Positions 47,325 through 55,983 of a stretch of 64,000 nucleotides of DNA are shown here, piece by piece. The stretch spans positions 160,001 to 224,000 of the forward strand of contig OZ244732.1 of the NCBI GenBank assembly GCA_965219345.1, read 5' to 3'. Position 1 is the first letter of the stretch, and the number at the start of each line of letters is the position of its first letter. The DNA is from Nitrosopumilus sp. Lineage in GTDB: Archaea; Thermoproteota; Nitrososphaeria; Nitrososphaerales; Nitrosopumilaceae. Under the pieces are notes generated by a model that saw only the letters and a list, made by a program, of their open reading frames with translations, did no database searches and was not told the DNA's origin. The translations under genes and the position numbers were made by a program.

Positions 47325-48052
47325 GAAATTCCCAAGTATAACTTTCCAAGTTCAGGATGGTTCAATAATTCATCAGGTTTTCCTTTGAACACACCCTTAC
47401 CATTAGCGAAAAGATAAACAAAATCACCCAAAGTTAGAGCCCTTTTGACGTTTTGTTCCACTAGAATAATTGTAATTCCAAAATCATCTCTCAATTGTTT
47501 AATTTTTGAGAGTACCTCATTAGCTAGTTTTGGAGAAAGACTGGCAGTTGGTTCATCAAAGAGCATAACATTTGGCCGTCTTATCAAGGCCATACCCATA
47601 GCAAGCATTTGACGTTCTCCACCACTAAGGGTATTTGATTTTGATTTTTCAAATTTTTTCAATATAGGAAATGTCTCAAATATTTCAGGCATTCTCTGAG
47701 ACACAAGTTTTGAATTTAAGGTGTAACTAGCCATAATGAGATTTTCCTTAATAGTAAGATTGGAAAATACGTTGTTCACCTGTGGAAGATATGCAATTTT
47801 TTTTCGGGCAACTTCATGAGGTGCAAGACCTGTAATTTTTTCACCATTATAACTAATTTCTCCAGAATATACGGTACACAAACCAAAAATACTTTTGAGC
47901 AAAGTACTTTTTCCGCTTCCATTTGGTCCAACTACTATAGTGATTTCTTTTTCTTTGGCATCAAAATCGATATCAAAAAGAATGTGACTATTAACATATC
48001 CAGAGTTTAGTGTATCCACATGAATAGTTGAATGGATGGTTTTTTGTGACAT
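47321..48052 (-). CDS. livF: Liv ABC ATPase
   Basis: GPNGSGKST, LSGGERQMLA, LVEQN. Confidence 0.9.
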   Translation of the reverse strand: MSQKTIHSTIHVDTLNSGYVNSHILFDIDFDAKEKEITIVVGPNGSGKSTLLKSIFGLCTVYSGEISYNGEKITGLAPHEVARKKIAYLPQVNNVFSNLTIKENLIMASYTLNSKLVSQRMPEIFETFPILKKFEKSKSNTLSGGERQMLAMGMALIRRPNVMLFDEPTASLSPKLANEVLSKIKQLRDDFGITIILVEQNVKRALTLGDFVYLFANGKGVFKGKPDELLNHPELGKLYLGIS

Positions 48053-48811
48053 TTATTCTCCTAGATAAGATTCCATTACTTTTGGATGTTTAATGACATC
48101 ATCAGAACTTCCTTGTGCAATAATTTTTCCTCTATTCATTGCAAAGACATGATCTGCATATTGCAATGCGATGTCTAATCTATGTTCAACAATTAAAAAT
48201 GTAATTTTTTGTTTTTTACAAAGATCGGAAATTTTTTCAAATATCTCATGGGCCAATATTGGATTTATTCCCGCAATAGGCTCATCCATAAGAATCATTG
48301 AAGCATTAGACATCATTGCTCTTCCTAATTCAAGAAGTTTTTGCTGACCGCCGCTTAGATTTTGACTTATAGTGTCTTTTTTTTCCACAAGAGAAACCAT
48401 CTCCATAATTTCCATTGCCTTATCTACAATTCTTTTCTCATCATTTTTCCATTTTGATTTTAATGGTGCTATGAGAAATGATTCGCCAGCATTGCCACTG
48501 CTAGAAATCAAAAAATTTTCCATTGTTGTAAGAGTGTTAAATGGTTGAGGTATCTGCCAAGTTCTAACTAGGCCAGTCTTATAGGTATCAAACAATCTTT
48601 TTTGAGTTATATCAATTCCATCAAAAATTACCTTGCCATCATCAGGTTTTAGAAGACCAGAAATAATATTGATGAGAGTAGTTTTTCCACTTCCATTTGG
48701 GCCAATTAATTGATATAATTTACCTTGTTCTATTTCCATATCAATTCCATCTAAAACAGTCAGACCGCCAAAATTCTTTGTAATGCCTGAAATAGATAAA
48801 ATACTCATCAA
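48053..48811 (-). CDS. livG: Liv ABC ATPase
   Basis: KNFGG, RTWQIP, DEPIAG, SYLG end. Confidence 0.9.
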   Translation of the reverse strand: MMSILSISGITKNFGGLTVLDGIDMEIEQGKLYQLIGPNGSGKTTLINIISGLLKPDDGKVIFDGIDITQKRLFDTYKTGLVRTWQIPQPFNTLTTMENFLISSSGNAGESFLIAPLKSKWKNDEKRIVDKAMEIMEMVSLVEKKDTISQNLSGGQQKLLELGRAMMSNASMILMDEPIAGINPILAHEIFEKISDLCKKQKITFLIVEHRLDIALQYADHVFAMNRGKIIAQGSSDDVIKHPKVMESYLGE

Positions 48812-48861
48812 AAACTCAAAGGCGTAAAGAAATTAAGGGTTTTCGATCTTGGAATGATAAC

Positions 48862-49788
48862 TTGGCTCTTGATCCAATATTTTCTGATGCTATAATTTTT
48901 GCAAGTCTTTTGGCTCTACTCAGTATTGGACTTACACTTACATATCTTACAACAAGGGTTCCAAATTTTGCTCATGCATCATTTGCCACTATTGGCGTAT
49001 ACATTGCATTAGTTGCAACAAGAGTCTGGGATAGTACACCATATATTGCAATTCCAATCGCATTTGTAATTTCAGGAATAGTAGCGGTTGCCTTGTACAC
49101 TTTTATTTTAAAACCATTAATTCGCAAAGGTGCCTCTCAAGCAATTCAGATGGTTGCAACTTTGGCATTTGATTTAATAGTAATTGCAATACTAAATATT
49201 TTTGCAGATTATATCGTAAACACGTATCAAATTACATCCAGAGAATTTACACTACGAAGTTATGATATGGAGTTTATGGGGTTGCCATTGATTGTTTTTG
49301 CAGCTCCAATTACAATTGCTATTTTAGCAATTACGTTACACATCGTATTAAGGAAAACAAAATTTGGAATTGCAATGAGAGCTGCAACTGAAAATTCTGA
49401 CTTGTCAGGAATAGTTGGAATTAATGTGAAGTTAATTTTTGGCGTAGCATGGCTCTTGGGAGGCGGTATTGCAGGAATAGCTGGTGCTTTAATGGCATTA
49501 TGGTTCCAAGGAGATCCTAATTTAGGACCGCAGTTAATACCAAGTGTCTTTGCAGCAAGTATTGTAGGAGGATTTTTCAGCATTTATGGTGCAATAGCTG
49601 GAGGGGTACTAGTTGGATTAACTGAAGTTTTAGGAACACGATTTTTAGCAGGTGAATTTGGCTCTTGGTTGATTGCATATAGACCGCTAATTCCACTTGT
49701 GTTCATCGTTGTTACGCTACTATTAGCGCCACGCGGGTTAGCAGGAATAAACTGGTCAAGGTTGAGGAGACATGGTTCTAGAAGCTGA
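48862..49788 (+). CDS. livH: Liv ABC permease
   Basis: GLTL...PNFAH, TKFGIAMRA. Confidence 0.9.
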   Translation: MALDPIFSDAIIFASLLALLSIGLTLTYLTTRVPNFAHASFATIGVYIALVATRVWDSTPYIAIPIAFVISGIVAVALYTFILKPLIRKGASQAIQMVATLAFDLIVIAILNIFADYIVNTYQITSREFTLRSYDMEFMGLPLIVFAAPITIAILAITLHIVLRKTKFGIAMRAATENSDLSGIVGINVKLIFGVAWLLGGGIAGIAGALMALWFQGDPNLGPQLIPSVFAASIVGGFFSIYGAIAGGVLVGLTEVLGTRFLAGEFGSWLIAYRPLIPLVFIVVTLLLAPRGLAGINWSRLRRHGSRS

Positions 49789-50833
49789 GACAGTTTTCAT
49801 TGTGGACTTGCTTGCAATTTTTGCAATCTACCTTATTGTTAATCTAAGCTTAAACATGGAATTTGGATATGCTGGAATTCCAAATTTTGGAAAAGTTCTA
49901 GCAGTAGGTGCGGGTGCATTTGTTGCAGCATCAGTTCCAGGTAGGATTTTTGCCAATATTGCGGGAATTGAGGGAGATTACATTGAAAACAATTTGGCAA
50001 TAGTCTCTGAAATTAATGTCTGGCTAGTGGATAATACTGGAATAGGGTTTGTGGTATTCTTTTTGACACTAGGTATTGCTGCAGGAGTAGGTGGAGGTCT
50101 AGGGTTACTCACATCATTTCCTGCCATACGGCTACGAGGCGATTATCTAGCAATTTCATTACTAGCTTTTGGTGAAAGTATAAGAATAATTGGAAATAAT
50201 TTCACTCCATTAGTTGGCGGTACACTAGGAGTTCAGGTACCAGATCCATTATCATTTCTTCCAGGAGAACTACGATTCCCAGTAGCTACTATGGGATTAA
50301 TCCTAATCGCAATTGTTGTGTATGTGTATAGTGAAAAAATGATTCGTTCACCACTTGGAAGAATGCTTCGGGCAGTTAGAGATAATGAAGTAGCAGCTGA
50401 ATCGCTTGGAAAAAACACCACACAGATAAGAATTAAAATAATCATGGTATCTGCAGCACTTGCGGCCATAGCAGGTGCATTGTATGCATTTTATGTTGGT
50501 GGAACAATTGCCTTTGCGTACGATAGAGCAAGTTGGACTTTTTGGCCATTTCTTATGATTCTCATTGGAGGATTAGCAAATAACAAGGGAGTAATTATTG
50601 GAACACTTCTCTTTGTTACACTACGAAAATTCATCATATTCTTCAAAGATTCATTTCAAGAATATGTTCCATTTGATGTTGTTTGGCTTGACTTTTTGTT
50701 GCTTGGGATAATTTTACTTGCAGTTTTGTTATATAGACCACGAGGAATTTTTGTTGAAAAACCCACACCGACTATAGATGCAAATGATAAACCACCAAGA
50801 TTAAAGAAAATATTTAATTTCTTTTTTAAATAG
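49772..50833 (+). CDS. livM: Liv ABC permease
   Basis: RLRGDYLAI, GRMLRAVRDNEVAA. Confidence 0.9.
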   Translation: MVLEAETVFIVDLLAIFAIYLIVNLSLNMEFGYAGIPNFGKVLAVGAGAFVAASVPGRIFANIAGIEGDYIENNLAIVSEINVWLVDNTGIGFVVFFLTLGIAAGVGGGLGLLTSFPAIRLRGDYLAISLLAFGESIRIIGNNFTPLVGGTLGVQVPDPLSFLPGELRFPVATMGLILIAIVVYVYSEKMIRSPLGRMLRAVRDNEVAAESLGKNTTQIRIKIIMVSAALAAIAGALYAFYVGGTIAFAYDRASWTFWPFLMILIGGLANNKGVIIGTLLFVTLRKFIIFFKDSFQEYVPFDVVWLDFLLLGIILLAVLLYRPRGIFVEKPTPTIDANDKPPRLKKIFNFFFK

Positions 50834-51069
50834 GTTCTCCTATACGAAATCGTCTCTTATCCTACTGCATGAAAGAATCAAATCTTGAATCATTTGGGGC
50901 AGAACCATGTCACGCAAATTTAACACCCACTTTGAATTACGACTCTGATGAATTTTGGCGATTTTGGAGAAAATTCAGATCATGCAAATTTAACGGGGCA
51001 AACTCCATGTCACGTATTTTTAACAGTATCATAATTTTCTTCGTGTTAACTGCCGGGGCTTTTGGGATG

Positions 51070-51294
51070 TTACATAAACATTACATAAAGAATTTTTTTT
51101 GTAGAATTAACTAGAAAACTTACCTTTTGTCCCAAATTTAGAGTAAATTCTATTGTGTGTTCGGTTACTTGTAATTCAAGTAGGTGTGGCACAACGTTTG
51201 ATATGGAAATTATCAAGTTGTCAAGGTGAATTTGTTGTTCAACTGACAAATTTTTCCTTGTTTTCTTAAAATCATGTATAGGTTTTATGATCAT
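51070..51294 (-). CDS. Small protein, possibly a RelE/ParE-like toxin (74 aa)
   Basis: MIIKPIHDFKKTRKNLSVEQQIHLDNLI resembles a RelE N-terminus; GAGGT SD upstream. Confidence 0.4.
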   Translation of the reverse strand: MIIKPIHDFKKTRKNLSVEQQIHLDNLIISISNVVPHLLELQVTEHTIEFTLNLGQKVSFLVNSTKKILYVMFM

Positions 51295-51320
51295 ACTGAA
51301 CCTCAAAAAAATATAGTAAA

Positions 51321-51440
51321 TTATTTCTCCATTCCTTTCACATATTCTGTAAAAGAGTGATATTCACAGGATTCTATTTCACCTGACTCAACTTTGTCAA
51401 TGATCTCTTTTGGAGTCATATCTTTGAGAGAAATTGTCAT
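51321..51440 (-). CDS. 39-aa acidic protein, possibly an antitoxin
   Basis: MTISLKDMTPKEIIDKVESGEIESCEYHSFTEYVKGMEK; starts 7 nt after the transposase stop. Confidence 0.45.
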   Translation of the reverse strand: MTISLKDMTPKEIIDKVESGEIESCEYHSFTEYVKGMEK

Positions 51441-51447
51441 ATTATTT

Positions 51448-52581
51448 CTAAAAATATGTTGTATATATGTTAACCATACGTGCATTTTGGATTAAAATAA
51501 TCCATTTATTTTTACCCTTGATCTCAATACCTGCCCTACTAGCTGGTGTATCGCCGTCTAATCCCATATGTGGCCTGATGTAATTGTGGCATAGTTTGAT
51601 TCCAGTTATTGCAGGTGAATCATCAGATTTCAATCCTCTGAACATTTTTTCACGATCACGAAACTCTCCGTTAAGTCTCTCCTGAATGTTGTTGTTGTTT
51701 CTCTGGTTTTTGAAGTGAATCTCCCTGATATGCGTGCTGTCCTTGTGCAGGAAATTCTTTGGTGCAAACTCCTTCTTGAATGCGTCATTATACGCTGGTA
51801 AACCGTCTGTTACAAAAACAGAAGGCACTTTCTTTGCCGTCTCTTTTCCCATCTTCAAGAGGCTATGAGCATCATGCTTGAATTTTGAATCCGCAACCTC
51901 TTGAGATATCCAAAATCTGGTTTCATTGTCCATCATTGCAAAGAGGTATTTTCTGTCTCCCTTGACCTTGAGCCAAACCTCGTCAGCGTGCCATTCCTCA
52001 CCGACTTGTGGAGTAATCGTACTAAGATAATCATCCATGAGTTTGGTGTATTTCTTTATCCACTTGTAGATTGAAACATGGCTCATATCCACACCCTGAA
52101 GCTTCAGGAATTTTTGGACGCCTCTAAGGGATTCACCCGTGAAATACAACTGCATTGCAGAAGTGATAACCTGTGGTGAGGCATGCATCTTCTCAAATCC
52201 TAGATTGATTGAGAATTTCTTGTTACAACCCTTGCAGTAATATCGCTGGATTGAATGTGTCTTGTTCTTTCTAATTCCCTTTTTCTTGATGTTCTCAGAA
52301 TTGCAGAAAATACAACAGTCAGATTGTATCGGTTCTATAACAGTTTTTGATTTTACCTCCTGTCTTATCTTTAGTGAAATCTCAACTGCATGAATGTGTT
52401 TGCAACAAGTCCTTCTAAATCTATGATCCTCGCAGGAACAGGACCAGCCAGATTCAACAGCTATAACGTCATGCTGTCTGTCTCTGGATTGGGAGCTTAC
52501 GACATAGTGGTTTTCATCTATTCTTGTAATCTGGTCTTGTTTTTGTGTAATTTCTCTGCCTCTTTGCTCTCTGAAATTCAT
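51448..52581 (-). CDS. IS6/IS240-type DDE transposase with SWIM finger and Zn ribbon
   Basis: CSC..H..CKH (SWIM), CIFC..CKGC, WHADE, FVTDG, NNNIQERLNG. Confidence 0.9.
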   Translation of the reverse strand: MNFREQRGREITQKQDQITRIDENHYVVSSQSRDRQHDVIAVESGWSCSCEDHRFRRTCCKHIHAVEISLKIRQEVKSKTVIEPIQSDCCIFCNSENIKKKGIRKNKTHSIQRYYCKGCNKKFSINLGFEKMHASPQVITSAMQLYFTGESLRGVQKFLKLQGVDMSHVSIYKWIKKYTKLMDDYLSTITPQVGEEWHADEVWLKVKGDRKYLFAMMDNETRFWISQEVADSKFKHDAHSLLKMGKETAKKVPSVFVTDGLPAYNDAFKKEFAPKNFLHKDSTHIREIHFKNQRNNNNIQERLNGEFRDREKMFRGLKSDDSPAITGIKLCHNYIRPHMGLDGDTPASRAGIEIKGKNKWIILIQNARMVNIYTTYF

Positions 52582-52618
52582 ACGTAATACACCTCAAAAA
52601 ATATTAGTGGGGGTTGAT

Positions 52619-52702
52619 CAAGAAAAGATGAGGGGTCAGAACTCTCCTGCTCATCACGGAGGTCAGAAGGAATGGAACTCATCATCCCCCTCATTTTTCT
52701 TG
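52619..52702 (-). ncRNA. Box C/D guide sRNA
   Basis: C ATGATGA (52685-52679), 12-nt guide, D' CTGA (52666-52663), C' GTGATGA (52657-52651), 11-nt guide, D CTGA (52639-52636); 16-bp terminal stem with one bulge. Confidence 0.85.
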
Positions 52703-52797
52703 TATTCATATCATACTATACCTTGAACCCACACATATACTATACTTTTGATTCATATATGTGTATAAGTTATATAAGGGGTAATATACGCTGTTGT

Positions 52798-52941
52798 ATG
52801 AGTATGAAAGTGGATGGCGATTATTGGCGCCATGAGTGCAACAGATGCGGCAATATATGGTACAGTGTAAATGAATCTCCAAAAAATTGTGCTGGCATAA
52901 AATGCAAATCGCCGTACTGGAACAAGGAGAGGGTTCGCTAA
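52798..52941 (+). CDS. Small Zn-finger protein (47 aa), divergent from the transposase
   Basis: CNRCGNIW...PKNCAGIKCKSPYWN; TTATATAA box about 25 nt upstream. Confidence 0.7.
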   Translation: MSMKVDGDYWRHECNRCGNIWYSVNESPKNCAGIKCKSPYWNKERVR

Positions 52942-53081
52942 TATTGACTCAGAGAGAATCTAACCCAATCGGTGTTGGGTGACGACAGTTAACACGGATA
53001 AAATTTTCAGACAGGTGACTGTAAGTTAACAGAACCAGATTTAGCAAACGGCTTTATCCTAGTTTTTAGGCACTATCAAGC

Positions 53082-53696
53082 ATGACGTTAAAAAATGTAA
53101 AACCATCACTAAACAAGATTGCAAAATCTTTAGGCAATATTCAAGATTCAAGAGAATTTCTACTAAAAAATACAAGAGAAATAATTATTCTCTGTAGCAG
53201 ATCAATTATTGCCGTTCACAAAGGAGATCTAAAAACTGGGAAAAATAATTTAAAACAAGCAGACAAGTTGTTGAAAAAATACAAGAAAAAGGCGACAGGT
53301 GGACTTGGAAGATACTTAATCACCCCGGAACAAGAATTTGTCGAGGCTGCATGTCTTATTGCGATTGTTGAAAAAAAAGAAATTCCTTCAGATAAAAAGT
53401 TGTCAGTGATGCCAGAATCATATGTTTTAGGATTGTTAGATTGCATAGGTGAATTGAAAAGAACAGTATTTGACAGAATTAGAATTGGGAAGGTAGAGGA
53501 GGCCTCACGAGTTTTTGAAGTAATGGAAAATTTGTATCTTCATCTTTACACTTTTTCAATGTATGATAAAGTGGTAAAAGAAGCTAGAAGAAAAATTGAT
53601 GTAAATAGAATTCTAGTGGATGATGTCAGATCTGTAATTACAGAAGAAAAAAGGCGAACTGAACTAATCAGGACCTTGCAAAAACTAGAGAAATAA
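53082..53696 (+). CDS. Translin-family protein
   Basis: QEFVEA, YVLGLLDCIGELKR, RRKID. Confidence 0.85.
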   Translation: MTLKNVKPSLNKIAKSLGNIQDSREFLLKNTREIIILCSRSIIAVHKGDLKTGKNNLKQADKLLKKYKKKATGGLGRYLITPEQEFVEAACLIAIVEKKEIPSDKKLSVMPESYVLGLLDCIGELKRTVFDRIRIGKVEEASRVFEVMENLYLHLYTFSMYDKVVKEARRKIDVNRILVDDVRSVITEEKRRTELIRTLQKLEK

Positions 53697-53712
53697 TTTT
53701 CAAAATTGTGTA

Positions 53713-53797
53713 TGCGGGCGATGGGATTTGAACCCACGAACTCCTGAGAGACTAGCCCCTCAAGCTAGCGCCTTTGGCCAGGCTGGGCGACGCCCGC
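53713..53797 (-). tRNA. tRNA-Leu(GAG)
   Basis: Acceptor GCGGGCG/CGCCCGC-A, anticodon arm CTAGC-TTGAGGG-GCTAG, long variable arm. Confidence 0.95.
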
Positions 53798-53849
53798 AAC
53801 GAAATTCTCTTGTATGGTTTTTATAATCCTTGATTACTTTTTCGTTCGT

Positions 53850-54086
53850 ATGTTAATTCCTGTTAGATGTTTCACATGTGGAAATTTAATTGCGGATAAA
53901 TATGACGATTTTCAAAATAAGATAAAATCTGGAGAAGAACCAGATAAAGCTCTTGATTCTTTAGGAATTGAGAGATATTGTTGTAGAAGAATGCTTTTGA
54001 CCACTGTTGAGACAATTCAACAAGTAATTCCATTTTATGAAGCAATTCAGAGAAGAAACCAAGAAGTTCAATCTGAGTTAGAGTAA
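53850..54086 (+). CDS. rpoN: RNA polymerase subunit N (Rpo10)
   Basis: MLIPVRCFTCG, RYCCRRM. Confidence 0.97.
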   Translation: MLIPVRCFTCGNLIADKYDDFQNKIKSGEEPDKALDSLGIERYCCRRMLLTTVETIQQVIPFYEAIQRRNQEVQSELE

Positions 54087-54087
54087 C

Positions 54088-55326
54088 TTGACCAAGATTT
54101 CCTTTATTGAAGGACGGATTATTTACAATAGTAGAGGAAGTAAGACAATTGAGATAGATGTTGAGTCAGATGGAAAATTTCTCGGAAGAGTTTGCGCTCC
54201 ATCTGGCGCCAGTGTAGGAAAATTTGAAGCAGTCAGTTTTCCTAACGGAAAACCTGAAGAGAGTCTTAGAATTATACATGAAAATTCTCAAAAATTTGTA
54301 GGGTTAGAATCTTCAGATCTTAAAGGAATTCACGACACTCTGAAAAGGTTGGATAATTCTACAAATTATTCAGTAATTGGAGGAGCACTTGCTTTTGCAG
54401 TGACAATTGCATCAATGGAATCGGCATCAAAAGCAGCAGAGCAGCCATTGTTTAAAACACTCTCGCCAGAATCCTCATTCAAATTTCCATTTCCATTGGG
54501 AAATATTTTAGGTGGCGGTGCACATGCAGGGCCTGGAACTCCAGATATTCAAGAGATTTTGATTTGTGCAACAGGCTCAAAGAGCATAGAAGACGCTATT
54601 GAAACTAATTTATCAGTACATAAAGAATTACGTCATGTTTTAGAAAAAGAGGATCCCAACTTTGCCAATGGAAGAGGTGACGAGGGTGGATGGGCACCAA
54701 AATTAGAAAATCAAAAAGCACTAGAGGTTTCTGCAAAGGCTTGTGAGAATTTGGGATTTACTTTGGGAAAAGAAGTATCTTTGGGAGTAGACTTTGCATC
54801 ATCTACACAATGGAATGATGAAAAACAAAAGTATGTCTATGAGAGAGCTGAATTTGAAAATTCTACTGGGGAACAGATTGATTTTGCAGCAAGTATTATT
54901 GAAAAATTCAGATTGATTTATGCAGAAGATGCAGTTCATGAAGAGGCATTTGAAGACATGGCAGAGCTGACAGTCAAATTTCCAGATACGATGATTACAG
55001 CAGATGATTTAACTGTCACAAACAAAGAAATCCTGACAAAAGCAATCGGTTTAAAATCATGCAATGCAGCAATTCTAAAAGTAAATCAAGCAGGTAGTCT
55101 TTATGATGCTCTTGAATTTGCCAACGTCGCAAATCAAAACAATATTAGATTAATCACATCACATAGATCGGGTGAGTCTATTGATTCACAAATTTCTCAT
55201 ATAGGAATTGCAACAAAGTCAAAAATGCTCAAAGTTGGCACAGTTGGTGGAGAAAGAATAGCAAAACTAAATGAGCTATTACGCCTATCAGAGCATGATT
55301 TAATACGCGGTATGGCAGAGATTTAA
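54088..55326 (+). CDS. eno: Enolase
   Basis: PSGAS, GDEGG, LKVNQAG, SHRSGE. Confidence 0.93.
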   Translation: MTKISFIEGRIIYNSRGSKTIEIDVESDGKFLGRVCAPSGASVGKFEAVSFPNGKPEESLRIIHENSQKFVGLESSDLKGIHDTLKRLDNSTNYSVIGGALAFAVTIASMESASKAAEQPLFKTLSPESSFKFPFPLGNILGGGAHAGPGTPDIQEILICATGSKSIEDAIETNLSVHKELRHVLEKEDPNFANGRGDEGGWAPKLENQKALEVSAKACENLGFTLGKEVSLGVDFASSTQWNDEKQKYVYERAEFENSTGEQIDFAASIIEKFRLIYAEDAVHEEAFEDMAELTVKFPDTMITADDLTVTNKEILTKAIGLKSCNAAILKVNQAGSLYDALEFANVANQNNIRLITSHRSGESIDSQISHIGIATKSKMLKVGTVGGERIAKLNELLRLSEHDLIRGMAEI

Positions 55327-55333
55327 AATCGTT

Positions 55334-55957
55334 ATGAGTCAGCAAGCGGAAGCAACAGACATCAAAAAGAAAATTCTAGCTACTGGGATTAGAGTAGGGA
55401 CACAAGTAAAGACAAAATTCATGAAACCATTCATCACAAAAGCCAGTCCTGAAGGACTTTACATGCTTGATCTAGACATAACGTTAGAGAAAATCAAAAC
55501 AGCAGCCAAATTTATCAATAGATTAGGAACAGACAAACTCATTGTATGCTCAGGCAGACAATATGCAGAAACGCCTATTGAAAAATTCTGCGAGATGTTA
55601 GACTCTAAGAAACTCATTGGTAGATTTATGCCAGGAACTTTGACTAATCCTTCATTACCATATTACATTGAACCAAAATTAGTCTTAATTTCAGATCCAC
55701 AAGTTGATGAGCAAGCAATTACAGAAGCAACCAATGCAGGTATTCCTGTCATAGGAATTGCAAATACAGACAACATTACATCAAATCTTGATGTAATTAT
55801 TCCAGCAAACAATAGGGGGAGAAAAGCTCTAGCAACTGTTTACTGGTTATTGGTACGCCAAATTCTCATTGAAAGAGAGGAACTTAAAGAAGATGATTCA
55901 ATGAAATATGAAATCGATGATTTTGAAACAAAGATTACAGAAGAGGAAATAGAATAA
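55334..55957 (+). CDS. rps2: Ribosomal protein uS2
   Basis: GRFMPGTLTN, IPANNRG. Confidence 0.96.
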   Translation: MSQQAEATDIKKKILATGIRVGTQVKTKFMKPFITKASPEGLYMLDLDITLEKIKTAAKFINRLGTDKLIVCSGRQYAETPIEKFCEMLDSKKLIGRFMPGTLTNPSLPYYIEPKLVLISDPQVDEQAITEATNAGIPVIGIANTDNITSNLDVIIPANNRGRKALATVYWLLVRQILIEREELKEDDSMKYEIDDFETKITEEEIE

Positions 55958-55983
55958 ATCAATCAAAATTCCAAAGGATTCAC

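Larger units (their letters stand above)
51033..53005 (-). mobile_element. IS6-like element with cargo, bounded by a 20-bp inverted repeat (right end may extend to 53036)
   Basis: aattttcttcgtgttaactg (51033-51052) versus reverse complement of 52986-53005, 18/20 identical; intact DDE transposase inside. Confidence 0.75.

Noticed and set aside
50869-51114. 81-aa + strand ORF
   Set aside because: Crosses the IS inverted repeat and short repeats; no recognisable motif
52619-52702. TIGR array or IS110 bridge RNA
   Set aside because: Single unit rather than an array; the adjacent protein is an IS6-type DDE enzyme with no Nop or DEDD domain that I can see
52672-52797. N-terminal extension of the Zn-finger ORF
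   Set aside because: Overlaps the sRNA and promoter region; ATG 52798 after the TATA box is more plausible
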